DNA of 20,000 bases, from positions 184,818 to 204,817 of the forward strand of contig JAPEUI010000018.1 of NCBI GenBank assembly GCA_026025075.1. The letters are read 5' to 3'. This stretch comes from Vezdaea acicularis (lineage: Eukaryota). The position numbers and the translations under genes were made by a program. The notes under the pieces were generated by a model that had not been told where the DNA came from, made no database searches, and saw only the letters and a list, made by a program, of their open reading frames with translations. Shown here piece by piece: positions 1 to 9,973 of the stretch. The first letter of the stretch is position 1; each line of letters starts with the position of its first letter.

Positions 1-319
1 CACGCCAGGGCAGGACCCTTCTTTCTGCCTTCCCGTCCGCGTGAAATTATTGTTCAAGAGTGAGGGTGGCGCTTTATGGCGTTTGTGCTAAATAGCGCAA
101 CAATTTTATGCTGGCAATATGGGACGGAGAGCCATGAAGGAAGCACAGAGCACCAGATTTGCAAGGCTGACGGCACAGTACAAATGCAACCACATCTCGA
201 CTCTTCGGGGGCTAAAGCTAATAGCTTGGCCCTGTGAACATTCTTACGTGCGACCTAAGCAGGACGCTGGCGATGAGGTTTCTGTCTGTTTACGAGCGTT
301 TTCGCTTTTCTTCACTTTG

Positions 320-1390
320 ATGATGGGTTTGGACCTACCATCGTGCTCATCGCTCTACGGTTTCCTAGCCGTAGTACTCCTACTCCTCACTGATTTCGCT
401 ACCTCGACCTTCTTACCAACCCCAGGAATCGCATCAAGCAGCACCGACCCGTCATCCACAAAACCGCCACCCGTTCTCACCTGCCCTACCATCTCTCTCG
501 AGCGCCATGGGATCGACTGGCGCGACCCGGCACACTGGCCCTCGCTCTCTTCGGTGCCAGATGGCCCCATATTTGGCGGCACCCGCTTGCCCAGAATAGC
601 AGTAAACCCGAACATTTACAGCAATTTCGACACCGTCTGTTCGGCAGAACTAGCTCACGTCTTCAACGTAGGATGTGAATGCGTGCGTACTCCCGAAAGA
701 GGGGGATGGGACGATTTAACACTAGATATGCCAATCGACTTCCACTACGGCCAAGACGGCGGCCAACCTCAGTCGTCCAACTTCGGCCTCCAGCGAACCC
801 ACTCCAGCTCATCGGGCGGCAGCTCCGGCTCCTCCGGCGCTCCCTCATCGACATACTCAGTCCAATGCCGAGCCCCACCAGGCGACGCCTTGCTGCAACA
901 CTCAGGCATCCGCATTCTTTGCATCAGCGCGTGTATGTGCCTTGATACCGGCGAGGCGATAAAAGATGGTTTAGTGGATACCGAGCTTTTGGAAAGCTAC
1001 GCCGCGTCGATCAGTGTGGCGCCTTGGGACAAGCAGGTTGAATGGTCTGCAGAGGGCCGCGGAGGGCGCCTCGAGGTGTGGAGTATGGGCGCATCTCTAC
1101 CCGGCTCGAAGCGGAGGAGGGTGGGGAATCGATTCGGAGAGGCTACCCAATGTGTTGGTCCCAATGCGGCTGTTGGCCCGAATGGGAGAAGGGAGGGTCG
1201 TTTGGACGATACGGCGGGTTCGGTCGAGCCGATGGTCTGTAGTTCGAAGCCTAGGCGGCAGAGAGCGGAAGGCTGGGCGAATCTGATTCTGGGCTGTAGT
1301 GGGGAGGGGAGGATGGGAGTTGGGTCTGGCAAATGTGGGTTTGGGGATACGGGGGGCTTTGGGCGTTTAAGGAGGAGCCTGGGAAGGTAA
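320..1390 (+). CDS. Putative secreted cysteine-rich protein, ~356 aa, single exon, unknown function
   Basis: Part of ORF 119..1390. In-frame ATG ATG at 320/323 is followed by a signal-peptide-like hydrophobic run (LYGFLAVVLLLLTDFATS). There are 12 Cys downstream, including GCEC and CxxxCxC, plus a Ser/Gly linker; TAA at 1388-1390. Using ATG 119 would add 67 non-hydrophobic residues in front of the signal, so 320/323 is preferred (inference). No family recognised. Confidence 0.6.
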   Translation: MMGLDLPSCSSLYGFLAVVLLLLTDFATSTFLPTPGIASSSTDPSSTKPPPVLTCPTISLERHGIDWRDPAHWPSLSSVPDGPIFGGTRLPRIAVNPNIYSNFDTVCSAELAHVFNVGCECVRTPERGGWDDLTLDMPIDFHYGQDGGQPQSSNFGLQRTHSSSSGGSSGSSGAPSSTYSVQCRAPPGDALLQHSGIRILCISACMCLDTGEAIKDGLVDTELLESYAASISVAPWDKQVEWSAEGRGGRLEVWSMGASLPGSKRRRVGNRFGEATQCVGPNAAVGPNGRREGRLDDTAGSVEPMVCSSKPRRQRAEGWANLILGCSGEGRMGVGSGKCGFGDTGGFGRLRRSLGR

Positions 1391-1964
1391 AAGGATACTG
1401 GGTTTTACTGAAGCGAAGGGGCGGCCTCAAAGATGGATTTCTGGAAGGAATGGTGTTCGTTTGAAGTACTTACGAGCGAAGGGTGGTGCATTTGCCAGGC
1501 GAGCGGGTTCACTTGTACGACGGGGAGTTAGCTCATATATGTGGATGGACATGTATAGCAAGACTTCGTCCATGGAGCGCGAGGCCACCAGAGCAATACG
1601 AAATCACCAAAAGGACGCTTCGCTAAGGGTTTTTTGGCACGTTGCAATTACTTCCATTATGTATGAGACTAGTAAAGACGTACAGTGCAAGAGAAACGGA
1701 GTACATGGAGGAGAGACACAGCGACAGAACAAAACAATAGGAAGCAAGGAAAGCAGGTCCCATAAAATACACTCTCAAGAAATATATCCAGAATGAGAAG
1801 GAAACCGGTTTCCATGCGTAGTCATCCCATGCCAAGCCATGCTATGCCATGTCTTTCGCCGAAGCTCCCAGTCTGTCAATATTGTATGTACGCTCGGCGC
1901 CGTGATGTATCCAAAGTCGCCCAAAGCAAAAATCAGTCCGTTACAATAATGTAGAGGCACCCCA

Positions 1965-4900
1965 TTAAAAGCCGAGGATCCGTCTCATGTTGCTAACAGG
2001 AGGCGGAGCTCTTCTTACAGGAGGCAGTTCCTCTCTGCTCTCTCTTCTCCTCCGCCGCTCCTTGGACTTGCCCTTATCTTCGGCGACAGCCTCGGCTTGC
2101 TCTTTCGCGGCTTTCTTCTCTTCTCTCTTCCTTTCTTTCCTTGCGCGCTCCTCCGGGGACAAGTCGGCGTATCGCAGTTCGCGATCTTTCTGCTTCCTTT
2201 CATCTCTTAATCGTTGCTCCTCTGCGCTTCGCTCCACCTTTTTGCGTTTCTCTCTCTCATCAAGGCTGCGCTCGCCATCGCTGCGTTTTCTGCGCTCCTT
2301 TGGCCTTGGCGGTTCTTTCTCCGCCTCCTTCTCTTCTGGAATAGCGACTTTGGAAGAGCTTTGGCGGGATGACGAGGGACGCGTAGACTTTGGCTCCTTG
2401 TTCGGATTGAAGAATAGAGGGTTCGTGGTAGCTGACACCGCGTTCTTAGGAAGGAACTTAGGCCGACTCTTCGGAAGGTCTATCGCATCCCATTCTGTGC
2501 TACTCAACCTGCGTGTGATGCGAGGTGAAGAGGGCGATTTGGGTGCTGGCGGAGAAGCTTTGGGAGCAGGTATGTCTATTGGTGCAGGTGGCTTCGATCT
2601 TTTCTTCTTCTCTTTAGGCGGCTCTACTTTCTTCTTCTCATCCTTGGGCTTTTCTTTAGGCTTTTCCTTAGGCTTTTCCCTGGGACTTTCTTTGACATCC
2701 TCAGGCTTCTTGATCTCCTTTTTAGCGGACCCGGAGCTACGTTTGCTCGTATCGCTTTCTCTGCGGGTGCGCTTGGCCGGATCTGGGGTCTTCCCAGCGA
2801 AGAAAGATACCCAAATACCACTATTGGCCCGCTTTCGAACAGGCCTTGATGTTTCATCGCCTTTGGATGAACCTTTGCCACCTCCAGATGACCTCTTCGG
2901 GCTTCTTTTTGCCTTACTTGCGGTAGGTGATGATGGACTCTTGGCAGCTTCCGCATTCTCGCCTTCCTCTGGAATCGCATCAGTTGCGGCAGCTTCTGCA
3001 GCTGGTTCCTCTGATGCTCCGGCGGCGGGCTCTGCAACAGCGACTAGATCGTCAACAGCGCATTCAGCGTCAGCTACAGGAGCTTCTTCAGCAGGTGCCT
3101 CAACAGCTGCGGGCGCTTCTTCTAGTGGAGCCGGCTCTTCCACAGCTGCAGGTGCCTCAACAGTTGCGGGCGCTTCTTCTGGTGGAGCTGGCTCTTCTAC
3201 AGCTGCAGAGACCTCTTCAGCTGCAGGCACTTCTTCAGCAGGTGCCTCAACAGCTGCGGGCGCTTCTTCTGGTGGAGCTGGCTCTTCTACAGTTGCAGAG
3301 GCCTCTTCAGCTGCAGGCACTTCTTCAGCAGGTGCCTCAACAGCTGCGGGCGCTTCTTCTGGTGGAGCCGGCTCTTCTACAGTTGCAGAGACCTCTTCAG
3401 CTGCAGGCACTTCTTCAGCAGGTGCCTCAACAGCTGCGGGCGCTTCTTCTGGTGGAGCTGGCTCTTCTACAGCTGCAGGTGCTTCTCCGGCGGGAGGCTC
3501 TTCCACAGCTGCAGGCACTTCTTCGGCGGAAGGCTCCTCTACAGCTGCAGGTGCGTCGTCAGGTGGAGCTGGCTCTTCTACAGCTGCAGGTGCTTCTCCG
3601 GCGGGAAGCTCTTCCACAGCTGCAGGCACTTCTTCGGCGGAAGGCTCCTCTACAGCTGCAGGTGTGTCGTCAGGTGGAGCTGGCTCTTCCACAGCTGCAG
3701 GCACTTCTTCGGCGGAAGGCTCTTCTACAGCTGCAGGTGCTTCTTCAGGTAGAGCTGACTCTTCCATAGCTGCAGGTGCTTCTTCAGCAGGAGACGCTTC
3801 TTCGGCAGGAGGCTCTGGATTGGCCGGAGGCGCTTCTTCAGCAGCAGGTGTCTCCTCAGCAGCAGGCGCCTCATCAGTAGCAGCAGGCGCCTCATCAGCA
3901 GCAGCTTGTGGGGCTGGGTCAGCATCAACGACAGGCGTTTCCTCGGTAATAGTTTCGGCAGGAGGCACTTCTTCGCCTCCCCCTTCCGCTGGAGCTGCAG
4001 CAAGTTCCTCTGCAGCCGTCTCGTCTTTCTTCTCAGCGTCAGCGTTATTATCTGGGAAACTGCCTGGTATAGTGCCCCCTTCATCTGCTTCAACGGGCGT
4101 GGTGTTTTCTGCGGTAGCCTCAGGTTCTACTGGAGGGGCTTTGTCTGCTTCATTGACCTCCGTCCCTTCGGTAGCGGCCTCTGGATCACCGGCCGGCTCT
4201 ACAACATCTTCCGTCTTCTCTTCAGTAGTGGCTTCTGCTTCACCATCTGGTACAACGGAAGTTTCTTCCTTCTGCTCCTCCGTGGTGGCTTCTGGCACTT
4301 CCGTAGTAGTATCTTCCTTTGGGTTGTCAGAAGTAGGCTCGGCTGGCGCGGCAGCATCAGCTGAGTCTCCATCAACAGGAGTAGAACCAGCAGCTGCGGG
4401 GTCTACTGCAGCGTCTGCGGGGGGTCCTGCTGGCGTTTCAGCAGCAGGTTCTGCTAATGTCTCCGCAGAAGCCTCTGTTTGCGAATCGTCCATAGTCGTG
4501 GTTTCCGCAGCAGGTGCTTCATTGCCAATAGATTCGCTGGTGGCAGGCTCATCCTTGGCTACCTTTTGTTGTGGTTCTTCAACCTCTGGAGTTTGAATCT
4601 GCTTGTTGCGATTCTTTTTTACTTTTTTTTTGTTACGCTTATCCTTCTTTGACGAGGGAGTAGAGTCCGACTCTTGGACAGTTTCAACAATAGCAGGCTC
4701 TTCTTTGGCGGGGTCTGTTCCTGATTCAACATCAGTCTTGACTTCAGAGGAACCCTCTTCATCAGCGGCAGACTCGTTCTCAGAGCCCTTCTCTTCCTCA
4801 GCTGGCTCTGCACCCTCTGCAGATTTCTCTTCAGGTTTCTCCTCTTCTATAACAGCTTCAGTAGGCGCGCCACCCGTAGGAGGAGACACTATCTCAGTCA

Positions 4901-6079
4901 CAACCGTTTCGTCTTCAACGAGAGCTTTCTCTTCGGTTGATGTTTCCTCGGCGGCAGATTGCTCCGCTTCGGCGGAAGAGGTCTCAGTATTAGGTGTTTC
5001 CACTGGGGAAGCATCGTTATTCTCGCCTTCTGTCGTCGGGGCTTCACTGTCTTCTGCAAGCTTGACGTCCTCGACGGTATCACCAGCAGTAGCATCAGGG
5101 GCAGGTGCAGGATCCACCTCGGGTTCTGCCTCAGCAGAAGGGTCAGGGGCAGCACCTGTAGTACTTGCTTCGGCTGCTCCTTCGCTTGGGGGGTCTGTAG
5201 CAGGAACTTCCGTTGCTGGAGCTTCCCCGCCACCCTCAGTCGACGCAGGTGGTTCTACGCCATCCGCAACGACGGGTTGTATAGGTTCAACGGTGGGTTC
5301 AACGGTCGGAGCCGCTGCGTCCTCTGATTCTGGCTTTGGTTCAGGATCTGACTCAGCCGGTTTATCGGCACCACCTTCCGCTTCTGTCTTATCTGTAGGC
5401 TCGCCATCGCCGGTGGAGTCGATAGGTGCGGTCTCTTTAGCAGTCTTCTCCTCGGCGACTGGCGCTGGGCTCTCTTCTCCAGGCTCGGGTGGCTGTGGAG
5501 GCTCGCCTTGCTCATCAAGTGGAGCGGCTGCTGTTGTCTCTTCTGCTTCTCCAGGCTTGGGTGTGGCTTCTGAAGGTTCTGTTGCGGGTGGTTCGGTCTC
5601 AGTAGATGTACTTTCGGCTGGACCCGGGGTAGGCTCGTCCTTTTTCTCGTCTTTAGGTGGATCTGGACTATCGGTGGAAGGTGTAGCATCAAGATCTACC
5701 TCTTCCCCAGCCTTATCTGGGGTATCTATTTGGCCTTTATTTAGGTCAATGAGCGGTGAGCCAAACGCTACGGGAAGCAGAGGAACTCACCGGCATCTGC
5801 ATCAGCCACAGCTTCTACTTCAGCAGGTTGACCCTCGGTCATCTCTCCTTCGTCCCCTTTAGTTGGCTTCTCTTCGGGTACAACTGAACTTGATATCTGT
5901 CCCTAGAGCAGAAGGTCTACGTCAGACTGATACTCGTCCATGATAGGAAGATGATAGACATCTGAACATACCTTGTCTTCGCCCGGTTTCGCTTTGTTAT
6001 TGTCACCGACACTCTCCATCCCAGTGACCGGGCGACTATTGTTCTTATTCCTCTTGGGCGTCTTCTTCCTAGAACCCAT
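1965..6079 (-). CDS. Large intrinsically disordered Glu/Ala/Pro-rich repeat protein with Lys/Arg-rich C-terminus, ~1329 aa, 3 exons
   Basis: Model: exon1 6079-5972 (MGSRKKTPKRNK...PGEDK); intron 5971-5903 (GTATGT...CTGAC...CTAG); exon2 5902-5791 (GQISSSVVPEEKP...ADADA); intron 5790-5735 (GTGAGT...AAG; alternative TAG acceptor at 5726 is also in frame); exon3 5734-1965, continuous with ORF 1965..5117 and ending RRILGF-TAA. Intron phases (0, 1) join in frame. The ORF-track start at 5117 is an internal GTG. Confidence 0.8.
3094..3790. repeat. Coding tandem-repeat array: ~3.7 x 90-bp units (starts 3151, 3241, 3331, 3421) followed by ~2.3 x 111-bp units (starts 3451, 3562, 3673), plus a truncated 57-bp unit at 3094
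   Basis: Read directly: GGTGCCTCAACAG recurs every 90 nt and GGTGGAGCTGGCTCTTC every 111 nt. Encodes VEEPAPPEEAPAAVEAPAEEVPAAEEVSAA (30 aa) and VEEPAPPDDAPAAVEEPSAEEVPAAVEEPPAGEAPAA (37 aa) on the minus strand. Confidence 0.95.
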
Positions 6080-7115
6080 CGTGCCAACCAGAATTATTAC
6101 AGGTCACAAACGAGCAGCGCGAATCACCCTCGAGGGAACAGAGGGAAAGACAAGTAATCACGAAAAGAAAGCAATGGCGAGTTGCCAGCGACGCAACTCG
6201 CACACCCTCAGACAATTGCCTGGTCATCTACGGGATCCGAGTCACCCCCGACCCTCACGTTGTTGTGAAGCTCCATCCCTATCATCTCGGCGGCCGCATG
6301 GCTTGACGTGATTCGTGCCACGTTGGACCAGCCATGCCCTCGACGATAGCCGGCCACACCCCCCACACGACACTTGCTGCAAGGCGACGGAAGCGGGCCT
6401 TGGTGGCATGCGCCGGCGGGTATGATGCGATGTCGGGGAAATCTCTTTGGGCGCAGATGATCCCCGCCGGTTTGGCGGATGCCAATTGGGCTATCCACTT
6501 CGTTCGGAGTCGTGCCTGACGATATGGAAGGGCTTCCGGCCCCGCCCGGACCTCATTGCGGTCATGCATCGCGGCTTCATCTCGTTAGATCACATGATGC
6601 AAATGCATGTACAACGGGACCTGCATGGTGGAAAGTGGGATGAGGAGGTTCATGACGTCGGGATGCTATCATGTCCAATAGATTCCGAGAGGGATTGCAA
6701 AAGTTAACGATCAAAGTCCTGATCCGATTGTGGTAGCGTCGTCGGGGCTTATCAGATCGTAGCGACCAATCATACACTCGGGGATCTTCCGGCACACAAC
6801 CGTACAAGTACAACGCATTGTTTCAATTTTCTTGTACAAAGAAGGCGCTTGGGGCTACGTGGTCATCAAAGCCCTTGTTAATATACATTCTATACTGCTC
6901 TCAAGCCCCGGTTTTGGTTTGCCAGGCTCCGATTTACCCAAACGTCTGAAGCTTCGAGCTTAAGCAGGCTATCCCATCAACCAAAAATGCTATGCTCTCC
7001 ACCGCTCAAAAAATAAAGCAAAAAGGATTTGTTGAGGGTATATGAGTCAGTCCATCTTACTTATCCTACCAATTCCTGAAACCGCCCGCCCTGCTGCACG
7101 TCTCAATATTATCAA

Positions 7116-8525
7116 CTATTTCCCCTTCTCGCGGATCTCGTCGACGGTGTTGGTCCAAGTGGCCAAGTCCCATCGGTCAGCTGCAGCCTTCGTAACCGCA
7201 CCTGCGAGTATCCTGTCGACGATGCCATTCTTCATCACCCGTGTAGCTTGATCGCTACTTCTGGCATAGTCGAGGGGCTTGCCTTCCCGTGCCCACACAA
7301 GTCGTTGCATCTCGAGCCGTGCACCCTGGTAAACATCCGAACCGATCGCAGGAGTCAAAAGAGAGACACCCAGGCTGTATATATCGCTCTTGAAGGTCGC
7401 AATGGCCTTTCCTGGCTCTGCGCGTTTGTGAAAGCCTTCAAGCAACTCTGGCGCAGTGAAGGCTGTAGTTACCGCCGAGATCTCCTCAGGGTCCCGATGC
7501 TGGGTGAGAAAATGAGAAGAGCTGAAGTCACAGTACACAGGTTCAGGGAGGATTTCGGGATTGTAATTTGCATTGCCCTTGCCATCGTTGGGAAGCCGTA
7601 AGAGGATGTTCGCTGGCTTAATGTCTCCATGCACAACACCATTGTTATGAAGATATTGCAGACCTTTGACTAGGCCCGAAGCAATGTGCAACCAATGAGA
7701 TGTGCCAACGACGGGAGCGAACATCGTCTGTGTGGAGAAGTTCTTGCGTGCTACTGCTGCTGCTTTCTCGCTGTAGCTGGCAAGCGTAATCGGGAGAGCC
7801 TCAAAGATTAGAGAGGTTCCGACCATGTCAAAGCCGTAGAATGTGGCCAAGTAAGGATGCATGAACGAAGGGGCTTTCGGTTGCAGGAATGTCTGGATCA
7901 TGGCCTCTTGCGTAAGAACTGGAACCGCATCCTGAGTCACCGGTCTCTTGACCGCGACAACACCACTGAAGTTGTTGGAGAACTGCGGTGATGATGGCGG
8001 CGAGATGAGTCCGCTATTTTCGGGTTCCTTGTTTTCAGCTCGCATGATCCCCACGCAAACACTGCTCCATGCCCCATGACCAAATTCTCTTGCGTTGGGG
8101 TCCAGTTCGTAGGAGCCAACAAATTCGCGCGGCCTTCGAATGGCTTCCCACCGACTTTCTCTCATATCCTGAGCGACCTCGCCTTTGGTCTTCATAGCAA
8201 GAAAAGTGCCGTGAAGATTTGGGCTTGATGGTGTATATGATCTTCCCCTCCTGGCTAAGGGCGATGAGGAACTGCACTCAGCGGATGGGCGTCGGTCTTT
8301 TGGTGTCTGTGGCGGAGAGAGTAGTGCTATATCAGTGCTGCGTATAGCCAGGGTAGGATCGAATCGAGAGTTACTCCTTGTTTTCGCAGTATGTGCTGTG
8401 GTATTCGAAGAAGCGTTTTGAGGTCTGTTCGTAACTTTGCCCGACATGCTGAAGGAGAGGGCTCTGAGCTTTAAGCCAGGGCGGGAAGTTGGCGCGTGTA
8501 TCGTTTCGAGAACTGCGGGCGCCAT
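7116..8525 (-). CDS. Ser/Thr protein kinase-like protein (non-RD, DFS motif), 469 aa, intronless
   Basis: Kinase subdomains in order: FGHGAWSSV (Gly loop), VAVK (catalytic Lys), LTQEA (alphaC Glu), VVHGDIKPANILL (catalytic loop), YCDFS (DFG equivalent), FTAPE, SDIYSLG. Disordered S/P-rich N-terminus of ~140 aa. Confidence 0.92.
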   Translation of the reverse strand: MAPAVLETIHAPTSRPGLKLRALSFSMSGKVTNRPQNASSNTTAHTAKTRSNSRFDPTLAIRSTDIALLSPPQTPKDRRPSAECSSSSPLARRGRSYTPSSPNLHGTFLAMKTKGEVAQDMRESRWEAIRRPREFVGSYELDPNAREFGHGAWSSVCVGIMRAENKEPENSGLISPPSSPQFSNNFSGVVAVKRPVTQDAVPVLTQEAMIQTFLQPKAPSFMHPYLATFYGFDMVGTSLIFEALPITLASYSEKAAAVARKNFSTQTMFAPVVGTSHWLHIASGLVKGLQYLHNNGVVHGDIKPANILLRLPNDGKGNANYNPEILPEPVYCDFSSSHFLTQHRDPEEISAVTTAFTAPELLEGFHKRAEPGKAIATFKSDIYSLGVSLLTPAIGSDVYQGARLEMQRLVWAREGKPLDYARSSDQATRVMKNGIVDRILAGAVTKAAADRWDLATWTNTVDEIREKGK

Positions 8526-9973
8526 TCTGATATAGTTCAGATGTTGGACCGATTCCGAACAAATCTCTGAACGACAGTGAATAATGGATCGCGCAGTTGT
8601 AGCGGAAGTCGACGTGGAACCGTGGCTCCAGCAGGTGTTAGAGTCGCTCTCATTTGTAGTTAACCATGGTATGGTGGATTTCTGTTGAGCGAACGGCGCA
8701 AGTGTAGTGTACCGGTTGCGACCAGATTAGGGAAGAAGCTAGTTATGCCAAACACAAGATTGGTAGGAACAAAGAGCAGCGTAAGGTCACAGAAATGGTT
8801 TGCAGGCTCTGCAAGACATAGCGAAGGCCATATCGGCTTTCACGCAGCGAGAAGATATGTGAAGATGGAGGAGAGAGTAGAGCATGAAGGAAGGGCGAGG
8901 AGATGACGCGGTATGGTTTTGCATGCGTCACAATTTATGGCGGCGACGAGATCCCGAAGATGGCCGTGGCGTCTGTGCGGCGACACGGCGCGCGGCGGAT
9001 GGGCTGTTGCGGTGTTGTATTGCGGAAGCTAGAGGAAAGGGCACGAGAAGCCTGATTGCGTTGGTCGCACACCCTTTTGCTTTCCCAATGCTGCCTATCG
9101 CGGGAGTTGAAGGCGACTGGGAGACGACGATGCGCTTGAGCGGCGCGACAAATCAGATGATGACTTCATTGCCGAGGTGTCAAACGTGCCGAAAGCGACG
9201 CTCTAATTGGACAGCGTGCCATCGGACGAAAGGATCAGAGTTGCAGCTCTGTTCCTGATCTGATTGTGTTCGAGGTAGTCGAGATTGCAGAGATGAAAGC
9301 GGCGCCGGCATGTCACATCGACGGAGGATGGATCGAAAGCCACGAAATGGCGAGTCGGAAAAGATCGAGATTGGGTCAGCCCGTTTGGGCTCAGTGACTT
9401 CCGTGGCTTTTCATTTGACAGCTGCCTCGTTTCGGCGGCGATAGTCCCCGACGTGCGGCGAGGACTACGCTTTGGTGCGACCGGCGAGGTCTGAACAAGC
9501 TATCGGGTGCTACGGAGCCACGCGAAGGCATAACAGGTTAGCTTGAGATACGCAGGTACGAAGTGAGGATCTGTCATCAATAGACTCGCTCCTCGCAGCA
9601 GCAGTATCGGAGTGTAGGTGGAGCGTTATGATCCAGGAAGCAACGCCTTCTCACAGTCACTGAAGAGATCGATCAGGTCACGTGGAGAGTACTTCTTTGC
9701 CGTGTCTTGGCACGGTCGGGCCCTGTAACTCCGTTGCATGTTACAGGACCTCCCTCCTATAAATGACCCCTATATCAAAGATAAGCTTACATTCAACCAC
9801 TGAGATCCGTTTCGTACAATCCCAATACAACTGACAGAGTCAAGGGGCCATTGATTCCTCCCTGTAGACAGTTGAGTCCAGACAGATAATTACCCACCCT
9901 TCCATATCTTGCTTGATCGCCATACGGGTATGACATCCTGTCCACAGTGCCGTGTCATCAGTCTTCGTCCGAT

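Noticed and set aside
119..319. Upstream ATG extension of the first ORF
   Set aside because: It would bury the signal-like segment ~80 aa inside the protein, and the extension looks non-coding. Not excluded without transcript data.
2927..3769. 280-aa Leu/Gln-rich repetitive ORF
   Set aside because: Alternative frame of the tandem array; repeats that lack a stop stay open automatically.
3094..3790. Repeat array as CRISPR or transposon
   Set aside because: Head-to-tail in-frame units without unique spacers, in a eukaryotic coding exon; no cas or transposase genes.
1987..5862. Very long + strand ORFs (869 aa and 419 aa) rich in Ser/Ala/Gly
   Set aside because: Antisense shadows of the acidic gene. 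In this register a stop needs a Tyr/His/Gln-type codon on the coding strand, and these are rare there. The splice signals and start lie on the minus strand.
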